Positions 28,825-38,437 are shown, numbered from the stretch's first letter. The stretch: 64,000 nucleotides of DNA from an uncultured Candidatus Izemoplasmatales bacterium (GCA_964461565.1 CAYWUZ010000002.1:28366-92365); one strand, 5' to 3'. The notes: generated from the letters alone by a model not told the origin. Numbers and translations are program-made.

Positions 28825-29606
28825 TATAAAGATTCACCTGCCAATTCAAAGAAGAGTTGTTCAACATCAGTATTTGTTTGATGTACACTTTCAATAGTAT
28901 CATCATAGATTAATTTACCATCAATAATGATTCCAACACGATCACATATTTTTTCTACTAAAGAAAATATATGTGTTGACACAATAATTGTTTTTCCTTT
29001 ATTCTTAAGTTCAATTAGAAAATCCGTAACAATTTTAGCTGTAATAATATCTAAACCATTTGTTGGTTCATCAAATATAATGATTTCTGGATCATGAACT
29101 ATAGATATAACTAATTGAACTTTTTGTCGCATACCAGTAGACAAATCACTAATTTTTACTTCTCTAAAATCATCTATTCCAAATTTAGTAAATAATTCTT
29201 CTTTTCTTAAATTTGTTTGTTCAACCGATAGACCATGTAACTTTGCGAAAAAGTTAAACATATAATCCGGCGTGAAGAACTCTTCTAATTTAAGTTCACT
29301 CGTTAAAAACCCAATATTTCTTCTAACATCGTTTGGATTTTTTGAAACACTAAAACCATTAACAAATATATCTCCCTCATCCGGTTTAATCAAAGTAGAT
29401 ATACATCTTAAGGTTGTTGTTTTTCCTGCCCCATTCGGGCCAAGTAATCCATAAATCTCGCCCGGAACAGCAACAAATGACAGTCCATCTACAGCGACTT
29501 TTCTTTTTTCTTTCGTCTTGTTAATCTTCATTTGCTTTTTTGATAAAGTAAATGTTTTTTTAATATTTTCTACTCTAATTTTAGCATCCATAATTTTCCT
29601 CTGCAT
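28824..29606 (-). CDS. ABC transporter ATP-binding protein (NatA-like)
   Basis: Walker A GPNGAGKTT, signature LSTGMRQK, Walker B IIFDEP. Confidence 0.88.
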   Translation of the reverse strand: MQRKIMDAKIRVENIKKTFTLSKKQMKINKTKEKRKVAVDGLSFVAVPGEIYGLLGPNGAGKTTTLRCISTLIKPDEGDIFVNGFSVSKNPNDVRRNIGFLTSELKLEEFFTPDYMFNFFAKLHGLSVEQTNLRKEELFTKFGIDDFREVKISDLSTGMRQKVQLVISIVHDPEIIIFDEPTNGLDIITAKIVTDFLIELKNKGKTIIVSTHIFSLVEKICDRVGIIIDGKLIYDDTIESVHQTNTDVEQLFFELAGESL

Positions 29607-29669
29607 TCTTAATAATAAATATTTATCTTTATATTTATCTTATCAAAATTCGTTATAAATAACAACAAT

Positions 29670-29696
29670 TAAAAAAAGTCTATTTCTAGACTTTTT
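29670..29696 (-). terminator. Terminator of infC-rpmI-rplT
   Basis: 9-bp stem aaaagtcta/tagactttt with a 4-nt loop and a T-run on the minus strand, directly after the rplT stop. Confidence 0.7.
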
Positions 29697-29698
29697 GT

Positions 29699-30055
29699 TT
29701 ATTTTAAAGCTTTTTTAGCTTGTTCACAAAGTTTTGTGAACCCAGCCATATCAAATACTGCTAAGTCAGCTAACATTTTACGGTTCACTTCAATGTTCGC
29801 TTTCTTTAAACCATCAATTAATCTTGAATAAGATAATTCATTCATTCTAGCAGCTGCGTTGATTCTAGTAATCCATAGTTTTCTGAAATCTCTCTTTTTT
29901 CTTCTTCTATCTCTATATGCATATTTAAATGAATGCATAACTTGTTCTTTAGCTGTTTTGTATAATAAATGTTTAGCTCCAAAATAACCTTTGGCTAATT
30001 TTAATGTTTTTTTACGTCTGTTTCTTGTAACGAAACTTCCTTTTACTCTAGGCAT
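29699..30055 (-). CDS. rplT: 50S ribosomal protein L20
   Basis: 118 aa. [16 protein letters not shown]... is a typical L20 N-terminus. Confidence 0.97.
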   Translation of the reverse strand: MPRVKGSFVTRNRRKKTLKLAKGYFGAKHLLYKTAKEQVMHSFKYAYRDRRRKKRDFRKLWITRINAAARMNELSYSRLIDGLKKANIEVNRKMLADLAVFDMAGFTKLCEQAKKALK

Positions 30056-30073
30056 CTCTCTTCACTCCTTCTC

Positions 30074-30271
30074 TTATAGGTACGGAACCATATCTTTGAT
30101 TCTTTTCAAATCTGATGGTGATATGATTTCTTGTCTTCTAGCTTGACGATTTTGTTTTGCTGTTCTGTGACTTTTCAAATGGTTTTGAAAAGTAGAAGGT
30201 CTAGAAAGTTTTCCAGAGCCTGTTCTTGTTAATCTCTTTTTAGTACCTGAATGTGATTTCATTTTTGGCAT
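30074..30271 (-). CDS. rpmI: 50S ribosomal protein L35
   Basis: 65 aa, MPKMKSHSGTKKR.... Confidence 0.95.
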   Translation of the reverse strand: MPKMKSHSGTKKRLTRTGSGKLSRPSTFQNHLKSHRTAKQNRQARRQEIISPSDLKRIKDMVPYL

Positions 30272-30285
30272 AGTTATCTCTCCTC

Positions 30286-30825
30286 CTAATTTTTCGGGTT
30301 TATCATAATTGATAAGAATCTACCATTTTTATCAAGTTTGCCATCCATCTCGCCAAATTCTGATAGTGATTGATAAAAACGATTTAAAACTTCTTTTCCT
30401 TGTTCAACTAGAGCATCTCCTGCACGATAAGGTAATCTTACAGTTGCTTTAACTTTGTTACCTTTTGTTAAGAACTTTTGAGCATGAGTCAATTTTGTGT
30501 TTAGATCGTGTTCTTCGATAACAGCTGTCATTCTAATTTCTTTTAATTCAACAGTTTTTTGATGTCTTCTAGCTTCTTTCGCTTTCTTTTGTTGTTCATA
30601 ACGAAACTTACTGTAATCCATCAATTTACATACTGGTGGCTTTGCATTTGGCGCAACTAAAACAAGATCAAATCCTTTTTCTTGAGCGATTTGATTCGCT
30701 TCTCTACTTGTAATCTCGCCATATTGATGGCCGTCAGCTCCAATTAATAAGACTGTACTATAGCGAATTTCTTCGTTTACAGGCGTTGTCTCAGTTTTAA
30801 CTGGTTTTTTATTTGGATATCTAAT
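30286..30825 (-). CDS. infC: Translation initiation factor IF-3 (ATT start codon)
   Basis: The track shows only the C-terminal 112 aa. The frame continues upstream through VNEEIRYSTVLLIGADGHQYGEITSREANQIAQEKGFDLVLVAPNAKPPVCKLMDYSKF to an ATT at 30825..30823, which lies 5 nt after GGAGGTG. Confidence 0.93.
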   Translation of the reverse strand: MRYPNKKPVKTETTPVNEEIRYSTVLLIGADGHQYGEITSREANQIAQEKGFDLVLVAPNAKPPVCKLMDYSKFRYEQQKKAKEARRHQKTVELKEIRMTAVIEEHDLNTKLTHAQKFLTKGNKVKATVRLPYRAGDALVEQGKEVLNRFYQSLSEFGEMDGKLDKNGRFLSIMINPKN

Positions 30826-30844
30826 ACTAACACCTCCATGTTAT

Positions 30845-30970
30845 ATAAAAAAGTGGGTACATTTAGCACCCACTTAACATGTCATAAACATATTATTTTA
30901 GCGTTGACCTATTGATTGTTCAATCAGGTGAGAAGTGGGTACCTCTGCTTTCTAAATTTAAACCGTATGT
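30845..30970 (-). promoter_or_regulatory. infC-rpmI-rplT leader with terminator/antiterminator alternatives (L20-leader type attenuator)
   Basis: Terminator AAGTGGGTGC-TAAAT-GTACCCACTT plus T-run (30876..30845). A second copy of GTACCCACTT (30942..30933) upstream can pair with the terminator 5' arm. Confidence 0.6.
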
Positions 30971-30999
30971 ATTATAGTATATATATTGTAAATTGTCAA
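30971..30999 (-). promoter_or_regulatory. Exact-consensus promoter TTGACA-17-TATAAT of the infC operon
   Basis: On the minus strand: TTGACA (30999..30994), a 17-nt spacer, TATAAT (30976..30971). Confidence 0.7.
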
Positions 31000-31002
31000 C
31001 TA

Positions 31003-32379
31003 TTATTTCTTGCCGTTTTCTTTGTTTTTATTTTTAAAGTAGTTCTCTTTATTGACTTGATAACTTCTAGCAATGGCTAGTGAATCCTTAGGAACATTTT
31101 TATTAAGTGTTGATCCCGCTGCGATTGTCGAATTATCTTCAATTAAGATAGGCGCGATTAAATTAGCGTTACATCCAACAAACACATCATCGCCAATAAT
31201 TGTTTTATATTTGTTTTTACCATCATAGTTTACTGTAATTGATCCACAACCAAAGTTGACATTATCGCCAATTTCAGCATCACCAATATAAGCTAAATGA
31301 CTTGCTTTAAAAGTATCGCCCGTAACAGTTTTCTTAATTTCAACAAAGTTACCAATTCTATTATTTTTACCAATTATAGCACCATCTCTAAGATGTGCGA
31401 ATGGTCCAACTGTCGTATTATCTTTTACTTCTGAATTAAAAATTAATGAGTGTTGAATTCTTACATTTTCACCAATTGTTGAATTATGAATTTCTGTAGA
31501 AGGTCCTATAAATGTATTCTTTTTAATTAATGAATTACCTGTAATAAAACAGTTAGGAGAAATCGTTACGTTCTCTTCAATCACGACGTTATCACCGATA
31601 GTGATGGTATCAGGGTTAATCATTGCGACCCCTGAACGCATGATAGTTTTATTAATATCATGTCTTAGAATGGCTTCTGCTTGGCTTAAAGCGTATAAAT
31701 CATTAATACCCATAGCTTTGTAAGCTTTTTTTAATATGAATGTTGAAATACGTTTTTTCTGAGATTTAAATACTTTTACAATATCGGTAAGATAGTACTC
31801 TTTTTGAGAGTTATTATTTGATATTTGATTTAAACCTTCAAATAACATCTTATTATCAACGATATATATACCTGTATTAATCTCTTTAATTTCTTTTTCC
31901 TGTTCACTTGCGTCTTTTTCTTCAATAATTGCTTCTAATTGGTCGTTTTTCATAATAATACGACCATATCCATCAGGTTCATCTACAAATGTAGAAACCA
32001 CTGTTAGATCATTTCTTGTGGATTCATGAAAATTCATTGCTTCTTTAATCACTGTATCATCAATCAAAGGCATATCACCAGGTAGGATTATACTACATCC
32101 TTCTTCAGTAACAAGATCCTTAGCCATTAATACAGCGTGTCCTGTACCAAGTTGTTGATCTTGGTTTGCATATGAAACTCTTGAGTTTAATATGTTTTGT
32201 AAAACTTCTTTTTTATGTCCTACAACAGTAATCATTTCATCGACAGTATGTGATTTAGTTAAATTTTCAATAATATAAACAATCATTGGTTTTTTTAGTA
32301 ATGGATAAGCACATTTTGGTAAATCAGTTTTCATTCTTGTGCCTTTTCCAGCAGCAAGGATAATTGCATATTTTTTCAT
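31003..32379 (-). CDS. glmU: Bifunctional UDP-N-acetylglucosamine pyrophosphorylase / GlcN-1-P acetyltransferase
   Basis: 458 aa with N-terminal LAAGKGTRM and C-terminal hexapeptide repeats. Confidence 0.93.
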   Translation of the reverse strand: MKKYAIILAAGKGTRMKTDLPKCAYPLLKKPMIVYIIENLTKSHTVDEMITVVGHKKEVLQNILNSRVSYANQDQQLGTGHAVLMAKDLVTEEGCSIILPGDMPLIDDTVIKEAMNFHESTRNDLTVVSTFVDEPDGYGRIIMKNDQLEAIIEEKDASEQEKEIKEINTGIYIVDNKMLFEGLNQISNNNSQKEYYLTDIVKVFKSQKKRISTFILKKAYKAMGINDLYALSQAEAILRHDINKTIMRSGVAMINPDTITIGDNVVIEENVTISPNCFITGNSLIKKNTFIGPSTEIHNSTIGENVRIQHSLIFNSEVKDNTTVGPFAHLRDGAIIGKNNRIGNFVEIKKTVTGDTFKASHLAYIGDAEIGDNVNFGCGSITVNYDGKNKYKTIIGDDVFVGCNANLIAPILIEDNSTIAAGSTLNKNVPKDSLAIARSYQVNKENYFKNKNKENGKK

Positions 32380-32381
32380 AT

Positions 32382-33695
32382 CTACTTTCCTTCCTTCACT
32401 AAAGATTCAATCGTTGATTTTATATCTTCAATAATAGTATCAACTTCATGTTCTGTTGGTGCAGATGCAGAAATACGAATGAGTGGTTCTGTACCACTTG
32501 CTCTTACAAGAATTTTTCCATCTTCACCTAGTTTTTCTTGATACTTGATTACTTTTTCTAATACTTTTGGATGTTTAGCAAGTGATTTATCAATATTTTT
32601 TAGATTAATTAGCTTATCTGGATAATATTGAACTTGCTCTTTTAAAACTGCCAGTGGAACTTTATAATAATCAAGTATTTTTATAAGGAAAGCAGCGTTT
32701 AATACGCCATCTCCTGTTTCAAAGAGTAATTTATTGATGATATGCCCAGAGTTTTCTCCACCCAAAACACCATCATTATCTTCAATTGCTTTTGTAATAT
32801 ATTTATCGCCAACATCAGTTTGAATAACATCAATGTCTTTTTCATTTAAAGCTTTAATGATGCCTATATTACACATTTTACTAAGTGCGACAAATTTATT
32901 TTTTAATTGTTTATTTGCTTTTAAGTAACTAGCAAATAAATAGATTAAAAAGTCACCATCACAAACTTCTCCTTGGTGATCAACCACCATTAATCTATCT
33001 GCGTCTCCATCAAAAGCAATTCCTAAATCACAAGCTTCAGTAGAAACAACGTTTTGTAAACGTTCTAAATGTGTTGAACCACAATTATGATTGATATTTA
33101 AACCATCAGGTTCATTTGAAATAATAATAAAATCATCTGTTAAATGGCTAAATACGGTTTCTGCAGTTGATGTTGCGGCTCCATTAGCTAAATCTAAAGC
33201 TATTTTTAAATCAACTTTGTTTAATAAGCCATCATATAATTTTAAATATTTATCCATTATATCTTTAAATGATTTCTCTTCGCCCACTTGTTTAGTGTTA
33301 TTAACAATAGAAATATCATCAATAATACTTTCAATTATTTGCTCATCTTCGGCGTTTAGTTTATTACCATTGTCAAATATCTTGATACCATTGTCAGTAT
33401 ATGGATTGTGACTTGCGGTCACCATAATACCATAAGTTTTATTTTCTAAAGAAAAATAAGCTAAGACTGGCGTGGGATAGACACCAAGATCATAAACGTT
33501 AATTCCAGATTCGAATAGTCCTTTTTTAATGTCATTAACGATGTCTTCTCCAGATAACCTTGTATCTCGCGCTATAAATATAGTTTTTTGATTCTTTTTA
33601 ATTTTCTTTAATGCTTTCCCTATTTTGTACCCAAATTGTTTATTAAGAATCACATCAGCATTATCTCTAATGCCGTCTGTTCCAAAATACTTCAT
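32382..33695 (-). CDS. glmM: Phosphoglucosamine mutase
   Basis: 437 aa with FGTDGIR and active-site TASHNP motifs. Confidence 0.92.
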   Translation of the reverse strand: MKYFGTDGIRDNADVILNKQFGYKIGKALKKIKKNQKTIFIARDTRLSGEDIVNDIKKGLFESGINVYDLGVYPTPVLAYFSLENKTYGIMVTASHNPYTDNGIKIFDNGNKLNAEDEQIIESIIDDISIVNNTKQVGEEKSFKDIMDKYLKLYDGLLNKVDLKIALDLANGAATSTAETVFSHLTDDFIIISNEPDGLNINHNCGSTHLERLQNVVSTEACDLGIAFDGDADRLMVVDHQGEVCDGDFLIYLFASYLKANKQLKNKFVALSKMCNIGIIKALNEKDIDVIQTDVGDKYITKAIEDNDGVLGGENSGHIINKLLFETGDGVLNAAFLIKILDYYKVPLAVLKEQVQYYPDKLINLKNIDKSLAKHPKVLEKVIKYQEKLGEDGKILVRASGTEPLIRISASAPTEHEVDTIIEDIKSTIESLVKEGK

Positions 33696-33707
33696 AAAAA
33701 CCCCTTC

Positions 33708-35510
33708 CTATTCTACTGTTGCTGATTTTGCTAGGTTTCTTGGTTTGTCGATATCTAAATTTAATTGTTTTGCTTTATAATACGAAATTAATTGCCCTGG
33801 TATAACCGTGACGATTGGACTCAATAATCGATGTACATCCATTAAAACAATATCATCATTTCCTTTTGAAGTATTTTCTAAAGAAATAATAATCGGTTTT
33901 CCTTCTCTTGCTTTTGCTTCTTCTAGATTAGATCTTGTATTATTATTAATATGTTCTTGAGAAATAATTGCGATAACAGGAATGTCTTTTTCAATCAGAG
34001 CCATCGGACCATGTTTTAATTCCCCCGCAGCTATGCCATCGGTGTGGATGTAGGTGATTTCTTTAAGTTTAAGCGCTGCTTCTAAACAAACAAAATAATC
34101 TATTCCACGGCCAATATAGAAGCAATCTTTACTTTTAAAGTTATGCTGAACTAGATCATTTATATAATCACGTCTATCAATAATATTCTCCATTGATACA
34201 GCTGCTCTTGATAATTCAGACACCAAGTCTAGACTATGTTGTTTAGACAAGTTATTTGCAAGTATTGCGAGCACTGCTATCTGACCTACGTATGCTTTTG
34301 TTGAAGCAACAGCTATCTCTGTACCTGCGTATATGTTTAGTGTTGCATCTGCTTCTCTAGCCAATGTCGATGTAGGTACATTGGTAATTGTAATTGTTTT
34401 ATAACCTTTTTCTTTTACATTAACCAAGCATGCTCTTAAGTCTGCAGTTTCACCTGATTGTGAAATTAAAATAAAAATAGAGTTTGGTTCAATTAAAGGT
34501 TCGTTATATGCAAACTCACTAGCAATAAATACTTCTGCTGGTATTTTAGCAATTTCTTCAAAATAGACTCTACCAATCAATCCTGCATGATAAGATGTAC
34601 CTGCAGCTAAAATATAAATGCGTTTAACATCATCAAACATTTTCTTGATATCAGGCTGAACTCTTAATTTGCGTTCAACCATATATTCTTTCATGATTTT
34701 TCTAACAACAGCTGGTTGTTCAGAAATTTCTTTTAACATGTAATGTTCATATCCTGCTTTATCTAAATCATCCATGATAAAATCCATTGGAAGTTTTTTT
34801 AGATGGTTATTGTCAAATCCAACTGCATCTGTCACTTTGAAACTATAATTATCATCGTTCTTTTCTACAACAATGACACTATTATCTTCTAATAAGTAGT
34901 AATTGTCTGCGTAATTTACAAACGCTAAAACATCAGATCCTAAAACAATACCATCTTTAGATTCTCCTATGAGTAAAGGTGATTTGTTTTTAACCGCATA
35001 TATATGGTTGGTATCTTCAGTATCTAAAACTAAAAATGCGTATGATCCTTCTAATAAAGAAATAGTTTTACGAATTGAATCTTCAACTGATTTCTTTTTA
35101 GCAAATTCTTCTATTAAGTTAATGATTACTTCTGTATCTGTGTCACTTCTAAAAGTATATTCATTCAGATATTTATATACCAGTTCTTTATGGTTATCAA
35201 TCACACCATTATGAACTATAATAAATCTTTTACTTTCAGAATAATGTGGGTGCGTATTTTCATAATTTGCGACGCCATGAGTTGCCCATCTGGTATGTCC
35301 TATTCCTAAATGGTTGTTTTCAGGGTATTTAAACTCCTGATATAAACTTGCTACTCTACCAATGCCTTTATTGGTTATAAATTCCTTTTCTAATTCATTG
35401 TAATAAGAAATACCACATGAGTCATAGCCTCTGTATTCTAATCTCTCTAAACCTTTAATAACAACTTCTGATGCTTTAGCCTTTCCAATATATCCTACAA
35501 TTCCGCACAT
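33708..35510 (-). CDS. glmS: Glutamine--fructose-6-phosphate aminotransferase
   Basis: 600 aa with MCGIVGY N-terminal nucleophile, two SIS domains and C-terminal ...KSATVE. Confidence 0.95.
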   Translation of the reverse strand: MCGIVGYIGKAKASEVVIKGLERLEYRGYDSCGISYYNELEKEFITNKGIGRVASLYQEFKYPENNHLGIGHTRWATHGVANYENTHPHYSESKRFIIVHNGVIDNHKELVYKYLNEYTFRSDTDTEVIINLIEEFAKKKSVEDSIRKTISLLEGSYAFLVLDTEDTNHIYAVKNKSPLLIGESKDGIVLGSDVLAFVNYADNYYLLEDNSVIVVEKNDDNYSFKVTDAVGFDNNHLKKLPMDFIMDDLDKAGYEHYMLKEISEQPAVVRKIMKEYMVERKLRVQPDIKKMFDDVKRIYILAAGTSYHAGLIGRVYFEEIAKIPAEVFIASEFAYNEPLIEPNSIFILISQSGETADLRACLVNVKEKGYKTITITNVPTSTLAREADATLNIYAGTEIAVASTKAYVGQIAVLAILANNLSKQHSLDLVSELSRAAVSMENIIDRRDYINDLVQHNFKSKDCFYIGRGIDYFVCLEAALKLKEITYIHTDGIAAGELKHGPMALIEKDIPVIAIISQEHINNNTRSNLEEAKAREGKPIIISLENTSKGNDDIVLMDVHRLLSPIVTVIPGQLISYYKAKQLNLDIDKPRNLAKSATVE

Positions 35511-35576
35511 ATTACCCTCCCTAATATCGATAAATATTATATCAAATTCTTCTTATAATAACAATTTTAAATGTCC

Positions 35577-35608
35577 TCAAAAAAGATTGTATGGTTAACA
35601 ATCTTTTT
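35577..35608 (-). terminator. Terminator after the four-gene ABC cassette
   Basis: 8-bp stem aagattgt/acaatctt with a 7-nt loop that contains the stop codon, then T6 on the minus strand. Confidence 0.6.
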
Positions 35609-36308
35609 GAATTAGTACTATTATATAACTTATTGTAAAAAAAAGGTATAGGATTATAAAAATTAAGAGATTTTTTTCTTCAAATTCATATCCTTGTATA
35701 TTAATGAGTATTTTTTGTAAGATATTTGTCTTATTTGTATGATATTGTGGCCATATAACTTCTAAAGACCAAAACATAATTAGGGGTATAAATCCAATCA
35801 AAAAATGATTAAAAACGGCTAATAATAGTATTGTGATCATAAAATATTGAATCGTTTCAAGATAGAGATATAAGAATTGTTTTATATATAAATGTATCTC
35901 TATTTGATAAGGTGTTAACGACTTAGTAAATGCATACATTAATATACTTTGTGCGAAAATGATGAGTGTTATGATTAAAATGCCAGCGTACATTCTTGAA
36001 ATCACAAATTGTTTTTTTGATTTTTTTGAATCAATTGAATAGATCATTAATGACTGATTTGATTTATTCGATAGTGACATTCCAATATAGACTGATATAA
36101 ATACTAAAACAAACTCAAGCACCATAAATGACTCATTTAAAAAATCATAACCGTATTGATACCTATAAGTATCTATATATGCATATCCTTCTAATATCTG
36201 CGAGCTATAAACCATATTTAATAGAATCATGAGAAACAATGCATAAGTTATCCAAAGCATTATTCTTGTTAACAAAAAGTCTATATGCAATCGTATAAAA
36301 TTAATCAT
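35595..36308 (-). CDS. Polytopic membrane protein, probable permease partner of the adjacent ABC ATPase
   Basis: 237 aa with about 6 hydrophobic segments. ATGA overlap with the ATPase gene. Confidence 0.5.
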   Translation of the reverse strand: MINFIRLHIDFLLTRIMLWITYALFLMILLNMVYSSQILEGYAYIDTYRYQYGYDFLNESFMVLEFVLVFISVYIGMSLSNKSNQSLMIYSIDSKKSKKQFVISRMYAGILIITLIIFAQSILMYAFTKSLTPYQIEIHLYIKQFLYLYLETIQYFMITILLLAVFNHFLIGFIPLIMFWSLEVIWPQYHTNKTNILQKILINIQGYEFEEKNLLIFIILYLFFTISYIIVLIQKDC

Positions 36309-36940
36309 TCAATGGTTCCTTCAAAAAATTGGTATACTTTTTTTCTTGAAGTATTAAATTTTTCTGGGAAATGTGTTGAAACAATCACTAATTTATCTTT
36401 AGACAATTCAATAATTTTCTTAATCAATAATTTTTGAGAATTAAAATCAAGCCCTACCAAAGGTTCGTCAAGAATAATAATTTTAGGGTTATTTAGTAAA
36501 GCTTGAGTAATATTCACCTTTTGTTTCATACCATTAGATAAGCTTCTAATAGGTGTATAGAGTTTTGTTTTGATTTGAAACATATCAAGATACTCTTCCA
36601 ACTCTAAATTGAGATATGGTTGGTGTAAATCTTTTATTCTACCAATAGTAATAAAGAAATCCATCATTGTCATGAAATCAGGCATAATATAGTTTTCTGG
36701 TGCGTAGCCAATCCGATATCTTTTTTTTATAATTTCACCTTGGTATTTTACCAATTGCATAATACATTTAATTAGTGTTGATTTTCCTGATCCGTTCTTT
36801 CCAGTAAGTAGGTGTAAATATCCATTATTGAATTCCGTATTTATATGTTGAATACCTTTAGTTTTATGATATGTCTTACTTAAATCATTGATAGTTATAT
36901 TGATATTTTTCGATGTCATAATAGTCGTTATACAAATCAC
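36305..36940 (-). CDS. ABC transporter ATP-binding protein
   Basis: Walker A GKNGSGKST, signature LSNGMKQK, Walker B IILDEP. The start is either GTG at 36940 or ATG at 36919 (MTSKNINI). Either one overlaps the upstream gene end. Confidence 0.85.
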   Translation of the reverse strand: MICITTIMTSKNINITINDLSKTYHKTKGIQHINTEFNNGYLHLLTGKNGSGKSTLIKCIMQLVKYQGEIIKKRYRIGYAPENYIMPDFMTMMDFFITIGRIKDLHQPYLNLELEEYLDMFQIKTKLYTPIRSLSNGMKQKVNITQALLNNPKIIILDEPLVGLDFNSQKLLIKKIIELSKDKLVIVSTHFPEKFNTSRKKVYQFFEGTIE

Positions 36941-37808
36941 TTAAATGATTAAAGAATAAATAATCATCGATGATAAAGGTATACATTTCTTGGTTATATT
37001 CATAATGGATAATTAATGGAAAACGATTAATGTAGTTATATTCTGTTAGATGTTGCACAGGTAATATAATATGGGTGTTGTTAGTGAGTAAATATGGACT
37101 ATTTTCTTCAAATTCGTCTTTAATCACATCGTAATTATTAAATAGTGTATTTGGTTCCGTTTGGTAATTAGGTTCATCATAAGCGATATTTATATGGTTT
37201 AAATTAATATTGATGTCATTGTTTAAGCAATCAATTGAATGTATGGTAATTGATTGATTGGTTTTATTAACTAATTCAATATAAATCCCTATGATTGCAT
37301 CTTGGTCATGTATTGAATACATTCGATTGAAATCTATATGACTTGTTTGATTCAAGTCATTAAACATTAATGATACATTCCCTAAATCCAATTTAAGAAT
37401 CTCTTCATTAAGATAAGTTAGCTGTAAATAAGCTGATACCATATTTAAAATCATATTTTCACTATAAACATTTGAAAAGCCAATTTCAATGTAATAAAAG
37501 AAATATGTTTCACTATCATATGTGATTTTTTGTTTTTGGTTTTTGATATTAATAATATCAATTTTTATTTCATCTACGTCACTTAAAATGCGTGCATCAA
37601 TAATATTATCTTTCCCAGTAAAAAATGTTGATTCTTGACTTATATACATTGGTAAGTCTATTGTTTCATTTTTAGTGATTACTCTAGAATAATCTTTTTT
37701 AACAGACATAATCGATATGTCGTTTGCTTGATCCTTAGAGAAGAATATAAGGACTAATGCAGCTATTGTTATATATGAAATAATAATGATTAAAAAGGAT
37801 TTTTTCAT
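36885..37808 (-). CDS. N-terminally anchored extracytoplasmic protein of unknown family
   Basis: 307 aa with a single N-terminal TM (FLIIIISYITIAALVLIFF). The remainder is Asn/Tyr/Ile-rich. TAATG overlap with the upstream gene. Confidence 0.5.
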   Translation of the reverse strand: MKKSFLIIIISYITIAALVLIFFSKDQANDISIMSVKKDYSRVITKNETIDLPMYISQESTFFTGKDNIIDARILSDVDEIKIDIINIKNQKQKITYDSETYFFYYIEIGFSNVYSENMILNMVSAYLQLTYLNEEILKLDLGNVSLMFNDLNQTSHIDFNRMYSIHDQDAIIGIYIELVNKTNQSITIHSIDCLNNDININLNHINIAYDEPNYQTEPNTLFNNYDVIKDEFEENSPYLLTNNTHIILPVQHLTEYNYINRFPLIIHYEYNQEMYTFIIDDYLFFNHLSDLYNDYYDIEKYQYNYQ

Positions 37809-38437
37809 TAGAATCGTTGTTTTATTATTTCATGATATTCTGTTAACACAGTAAATGTTTCCCATCCACCTTTTTTTGTTCTTGCCCAAAAGAAATAGTA
37901 ACTTCCTACACCATTATTTACTTCACCAGTACCTCTTGTTACGATAGTGACATATGTCAGTGGATCAACTTGTATGTTAAATTCATATGATTCACTATTG
38001 GTTTTTGTGGTTGTCGCTGTTATGCTGGATTTAATTGTTGAATCAACAGAGCCTTTAAATTGTTTTTTTGACCCAGACCCCTTAATTTTTATTTCTCCTG
38101 ATGCAGAAATTTGTTGTTTTGATTCTTCCTTTGTCTCTAATTCAATATTGTATGATATGGGTGAAGAACCTGAATTAAAAATTTTAATTTTAGTTTCAGA
38201 AATAAAATCTAAAGCCTCATTTTTATTTACAACATGAATCCTCCAACCAAACATTCTTCGTTTACTCGTTTCCTTATAGTAGTCTTTATAATCTGATTTA
38301 GAAAACTCTTTTAATAATTCTACATCACTATCTTCGAAGATAATTTCTTGATAGTTCGTATATTCTTCTGCGTAAACACTCTCCAAATTTAAAACAACAA
38401 TCATTAATAATAATACACTTATAACTATTTTCTTCAT
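37808..38437 (-). CDS. Secreted Ser/Thr-rich beta-type protein of unknown family
   Basis: 209 aa. Cleavable signal peptide (MKKIVISVLLLMIVVLNLESVYA/EE). Central tract SGSKKQFKGSVDSTIKSSITATTTKTNSESYEFNIQVDP. Confidence 0.5.
   Translation of the reverse strand: MKKIVISVLLLMIVVLNLESVYAEEYTNYQEIIFEDSDVELLKEFSKSDYKDYYKETSKRRMFGWRIHVVNKNEALDFISETKIKIFNSGSSPISYNIELETKEESKQQISASGEIKIKGSGSKKQFKGSVDSTIKSSITATTTKTNSESYEFNIQVDPLTYVTIVTRGTGEVNNGVGSYYFFWARTKKGGWETFTVLTEYHEIIKQRF

Noticed and set aside
36885-36940. The 35-56 nt overlap between the anchored-protein gene and the ABC ATPase gene as evidence of a frameshift or pseudogene.
   Set aside because: Both frames are intact and both products have complete termini. 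The Walker A motif is at the usual distance from MTSKNINI. The overlap is more simply explained by start-site uncertainty and translational coupling.
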